Made by a program: the position numbers and the translations under genes. Below are positions 60,557 through 64,000 of a stretch of 64,000 bases of DNA, piece by piece (positions within the stretch are counted from its first letter, which is position 1; each line of letters begins with the position of its first letter). Below the pieces are notes generated by a model, which did no database searches, was not told the DNA's origin, and was given only the letters and a program-made list of their open reading frames with translations. This DNA is from a phage. The stretch lies in the NCBI GenBank assembly GCA_022520065.1, contig GCA_022520065.1_3942.1; one strand, 5' to 3'.

Positions 60557-62923
60557 ATGCGCATGGTAAACGACCACGCAGAAGTGATTAAGAGTTCAAC
60601 TTCTTTAGAGACGTCTCAAGCACAGATTACAATGACACCTGAAATGTTCAGCCTTTTGAGTTCTGGTGTATATACCTTTAAAGAAAGGGCAGTGATTCGT
60701 GAACTGTCATGTAACGCAGTAGATGCTCAGAAAGAGGCTGGAAAAGAGAACATCCCGTTCCATGTGCATTTACCTACTCGTTTTGAGCCTTACTTTGAAG
60801 TTCGTGATTTTGGAACTGGATTGACTCATGATAAAGTTATGAGTTTGTACCTAAACTATGGGGCTTCTACGAAGAATGACTCTAATGACTACATTGGTGC
60901 AATGGGTATCGGCTCAAAATCACCATTTGCAATTGCTCAGTCATTCACAGTGTCTAGCTATGTTGACGGTGTTGTTAATAAGTACTCTGTTTATCTTGAG
61001 AATGGTATCCCTCAAGTAACTAAGCTGACCACTAACCCAACAAAAGAACCTAATGGTTTAGCTGTACGTGTGGCAGTTGCTGACCACCGTATTTCAAAGT
61101 TCTTTGAAGAGGCTGGTAATGTATACTCATACTTTGCTGTAAAACCAGAGAGTAATGTGGAGTATAATGATATATTAGCAGATATGGATGTGATTGCTCG
61201 TGAAGAAGGTGTCTATGATGCCATGACTCATAAGCATAGCTGGCGTTCAAGCAGCAATAGAACAGAGTTTAACGTGGTTATGGGTAATATTGCCTACCCA
61301 GTTAATATGGAGGCATTACTTGGTGATGATTTCTTCAAAGTATTACCAGAATTTTTCCGCAGGAGCATAGACCTTGTAAACATCTACATGCCTATTGGTT
61401 CAGTTGCTATTGCAGCTTCTCGTGAAGCATTGCAGATGAATGACACGACAAAAAATGTTATCATCGAGGCTACTAAAAAGATAACTGAAGCAATTACAAA
61501 GGATGTTATCAAGAAAGTTAATAGTCAACCTACACTCATGGATGCTGCACAGGCTTATGCTGAGTTACGCTTGAACTCACGAGAGATGTTTAATGTTGTG
61601 TGTCCAAAGCTAGAGTGGGGAGGTGTTAAGCTTGATTCTCTGGAAGAAGAATTACTAAACATTCGTCGTGGAATTATCTACGCAGAAGACGGCTCAGTCA
61701 TTTACGAACGTGACGGTAAAGGTAATATTAAGGTTGATAGGAACGGGAACAATATCCCTAAAGTAGATTATCTTTATGACCCAGTTGCTTATGTCAAGTT
61801 CAACTCTTTAGAGAGTAAGATTCGTGCAACATCGCTTTCCTACACTCAAGAGGCAAGTATGTTCAATATCTTTGGCGCAATGCGTAAAAGCCAAATTGAA
61901 CAGTTTTTGTTTGTTATAAATGACCGTCGCAATAAAAACGGTACTGAGAAGACTGTAGGACGCAATCAAATCTTGCGTGGTGCATGTCGAGACTATGCCA
62001 GTGAGTCGAACCTGTTTCACAGATACAATGGTATTGTCTTTGTATTCTCGACTGAAAAAGAGCTAGATGACTTAATCAATCTACACAAACTTGATAAAAG
62101 CTTGTTAAAGATTGTGAAGATGTCTGATAAGGAACACCATTATCAGCGTAAAGAAGCTGTAAGAGGTGTTGTAAAACTCTGGAAAGCTGTTCCAGCAGAA
62201 GGTGTAGCTTCCTATAAAGAGGTTTCAGAGGACTTTGATACAATTGAAGAGCCTCAACTTTATATCAAGGCAGTAGGCGACACTGTTGATGGCGAATGTT
62301 TTTGCTCATCTCCAGAAGATGTAGCTAAGTCAGTTGCCAATGTCATTGGGAAGACAGTCTATGTTTTCCGAAAAGCAAATTGGAAAAAGATACCAGAAGA
62401 CTGGATTGAAGTAGATGAGAAACTCTTGAACGACAGTTTAACTGATGTTCATTGGATTAATCATAACAGGTATATGACACGTATCTATATGAATGGTGTC
62501 CTTGACCTTACAAGCAGTTGGATTATTGCCAGAAACTTTACGTTCAATAACAGGAAGATTTCTCGTGGCTATTGTTATTCACGGGATACAAACAAAACTA
62601 TCTTCTTAGAAGGTAATGAAGATGCTGTAGAGGCAATGTTTGGTAAAATCCAATACGTTGCTGCACCGTTTGCATATACTTACACTATTAGTAGGTTGCA
62701 AACTTTGAAAGACTGCCTTGACAATGATACAAAGCTGTACAAGAAAATTAAGAAAGCTGGTGACCGCATGGTCATTAAGGTGACAAACTACCTTTCAAAA
62801 AGAAAACAAGAAAACTTCTTGCTTTCTCATTTAGATTGGAATAAAGTGTCACCCATCGAAGTGAGTAAGTTCTTAGGCTTTGATGTGAAGTGTGTTCCAG
62901 AAGGGACTACAATTTACGATTAA
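60557..62923 (+). CDS. rIIA: rIIA-like protein with N-terminal GHKL-type ATPase domain
   Basis: Bergerat-fold motifs RELSCNAVDA, VRDFGTGL, GAMGIGSKSPFA; 788 aa; assignment to rIIA is from memory of T4 rIIA. Confidence 0.55.
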   Translation: MRMVNDHAEVIKSSTSLETSQAQITMTPEMFSLLSSGVYTFKERAVIRELSCNAVDAQKEAGKENIPFHVHLPTRFEPYFEVRDFGTGLTHDKVMSLYLNYGASTKNDSNDYIGAMGIGSKSPFAIAQSFTVSSYVDGVVNKYSVYLENGIPQVTKLTTNPTKEPNGLAVRVAVADHRISKFFEEAGNVYSYFAVKPESNVEYNDILADMDVIAREEGVYDAMTHKHSWRSSSNRTEFNVVMGNIAYPVNMEALLGDDFFKVLPEFFRRSIDLVNIYMPIGSVAIAASREALQMNDTTKNVIIEATKKITEAITKDVIKKVNSQPTLMDAAQAYAELRLNSREMFNVVCPKLEWGGVKLDSLEEELLNIRRGIIYAEDGSVIYERDGKGNIKVDRNGNNIPKVDYLYDPVAYVKFNSLESKIRATSLSYTQEASMFNIFGAMRKSQIEQFLFVINDRRNKNGTEKTVGRNQILRGACRDYASESNLFHRYNGIVFVFSTEKELDDLINLHKLDKSLLKIVKMSDKEHHYQRKEAVRGVVKLWKAVPAEGVASYKEVSEDFDTIEEPQLYIKAVGDTVDGECFCSSPEDVAKSVANVIGKTVYVFRKANWKKIPEDWIEVDEKLLNDSLTDVHWINHNRYMTRIYMNGVLDLTSSWIIARNFTFNNRKISRGYCYSRDTNKTIFLEGNEDAVEAMFGKIQYVAAPFAYTYTISRLQTLKDCLDNDTKLYKKIKKAGDRMVIKVTNYLSKRKQENFLLSHLDWNKVSPIEVSKFLGFDVKCVPEGTTIYD

Positions 62924-62928
62924 AGTGT

Positions 62929-62958
62929 TTGACAAGGGGCTTTGAAGCCCCTTAGAAT
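62929..62958 (+). promoter_or_regulatory. Promoter TTGACA-N18-TAGAAT with GC hairpin in spacer, downstream of the rIIA-like gene
   Basis: -35 at 62929-62934, hairpin ggggc-tttgaa-gcccc at 62936-62951, -10 TAGAAT at 62953-62958. Confidence 0.4.
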
Positions 62959-63003
62959 AGCCTTACAAAATGATTTATTAACTAACAAGAGAGAGTAATA
63001 AGA

Positions 63004-64000
63004 TGACTACTAAAACTAAAGCACAGATTGACGCAGAAATTTACGAACTGGTTAAAGAAGGTAAGCTGACTAAAACAGCTATTGCACAGAAGTTCAATAC
63101 CTCAACCCGTTCAGTTGGTCGTGCTGTAGAGCGTCATGAAGCAACCTTAAAAGGGAATAAGAAGGCAACTGCTGCACCAGCTACGAAGACTTTGAAACAA
63201 GTTGCTAAGACTTTTAAAAAGAAAGCTGGCAAACCAGTTGAAAAGGTTGTTAAAGATGCTGTACAGAAAGCTCCAGTAAATAAACTGCATGAAGCTATGC
63301 AGAAAGATGACAAGATTGAGTACATGATTACTGGCGACTCTGTAATTATGACTTACGGTTCAGAGTCTGAAATTGTTGAATCTACTCATCCGAACTATCA
63401 AGAGATTGTAGTTCATGTTGTGAAAGGTGAGTTTAAGAAAGCCTTTGAACTGATGAACATTCGTAAGTCTATCGAAAACTTCACTCAGGGTGCTATCACA
63501 ATCAAAGGTGACAAACTATTCTACGGTGCTGTTGAGATGCGTTCTACTCTGGTTGACCGTATTCTTCACATGATGAAGACTGGAGATAAAGGTTTTGAAC
63601 GCCTTGTAATGTTCTTTGAAAAACTGATGGAAAACCCATCTAAAGATTCTGTAGAACAACTTTGGGGCTTCGTATCTCACCTTGATGTTGAAATTGATGA
63701 AGAAGGTTACATCATCGGTTGGAAGAAAGTCTCTACTCGTGAAGGCAAGCTGGTTGACTCTCACACCTACAAAGTACCTAATGATTTGGGTAACATTGTA
63801 GAAATGCCACGTTGGATGGTTGATAATAACCGTAACGTAACTTGCTCTCAAGGTCTTCATGTTGGTGCTTGGGATTACGTTCGTTGCTTCTCAGGTGATA
63901 CAATCCTGAAGGTTCGTGTCCATCCACGAGATGTTGTATCTGTTCCAACTGATTACAACGATATGAAGATGCGCTCATCCCGTTATGAAGTTGCAGCAAT
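63004..64000 (+). CDS. rIIB: rIIB-like protein (partial, 3' end beyond window)
   Basis: Open frame from ATG 63004 to window end; follows rIIA-like gene; N-terminal HTH-like segment; identity by synteny only. Confidence 0.35.

Noticed and set aside
63134-63999. Three minus-strand ORFs (63134-63325, 63516-63860, 63778-63999)
   Set aside because: All antisense to a long open plus-strand frame (63004 onward) that follows a promoter and RBS; treated as shadow ORFs.

Overview
This window looks like a virulent tailed-phage (myovirus-type) genome segment, about 38% GC, with no integrase or lysogeny genes seen. Everything below is from reading the sequence and ORF track by hand; no searches or folding programs were run. 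Layout: (1) 1-5400, an array of about 27 tRNA genes interleaved with promoters, terminators, two or three small protein genes and several families of structured repeats; (2) 5400-29155, plus-strand morphogenesis genes (terminase, portal, protease/scaffold, capsid, sheath, tube, chaperones with a -1 frameshift site, tape measure, baseplate, two His-rich tail fibers); (3) 29194-38368, minus-strand block (thymidylate synthase, DHFR, DNA ligase, family A DNA polymerase, small secreted, lipoprotein and zinc-ribbon proteins); (4) 38626-60000, plus-strand replication and nucleotide metabolism (dNMP kinase, primase-helicase, SSB-like, 5'-3' exonuclease, homing endonucleases, NrdAB plus glutaredoxin, NrdDG, then a PRPP-synthetase-like plus nicotinamide-phosphoribosyltransferase-like pair); (5) 60557-64000, rIIA-like GHKL ATPase and a partial downstream gene. 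The gene content (tRNA array, Prs/NadV-like pair, rIIA/B, RNRs, TS/DHFR) resembles Felix O1-like phages from memory, which is unverified. The strongest candidates for something undescribed are the covarying stem repeats and a circularly permuted tRNA-like element inside the tRNA array, and a 570-bp gene-free region at 32678-33246 with degenerate pentamer repeats and palindromes. The NAD+ gene pair is the clearest match to a known anti-defence system. tRNA anticodons, gene starts and terminator calls are hand-derived and should be confirmed with tRNAscan-SE/ARAGORN and homology searches.
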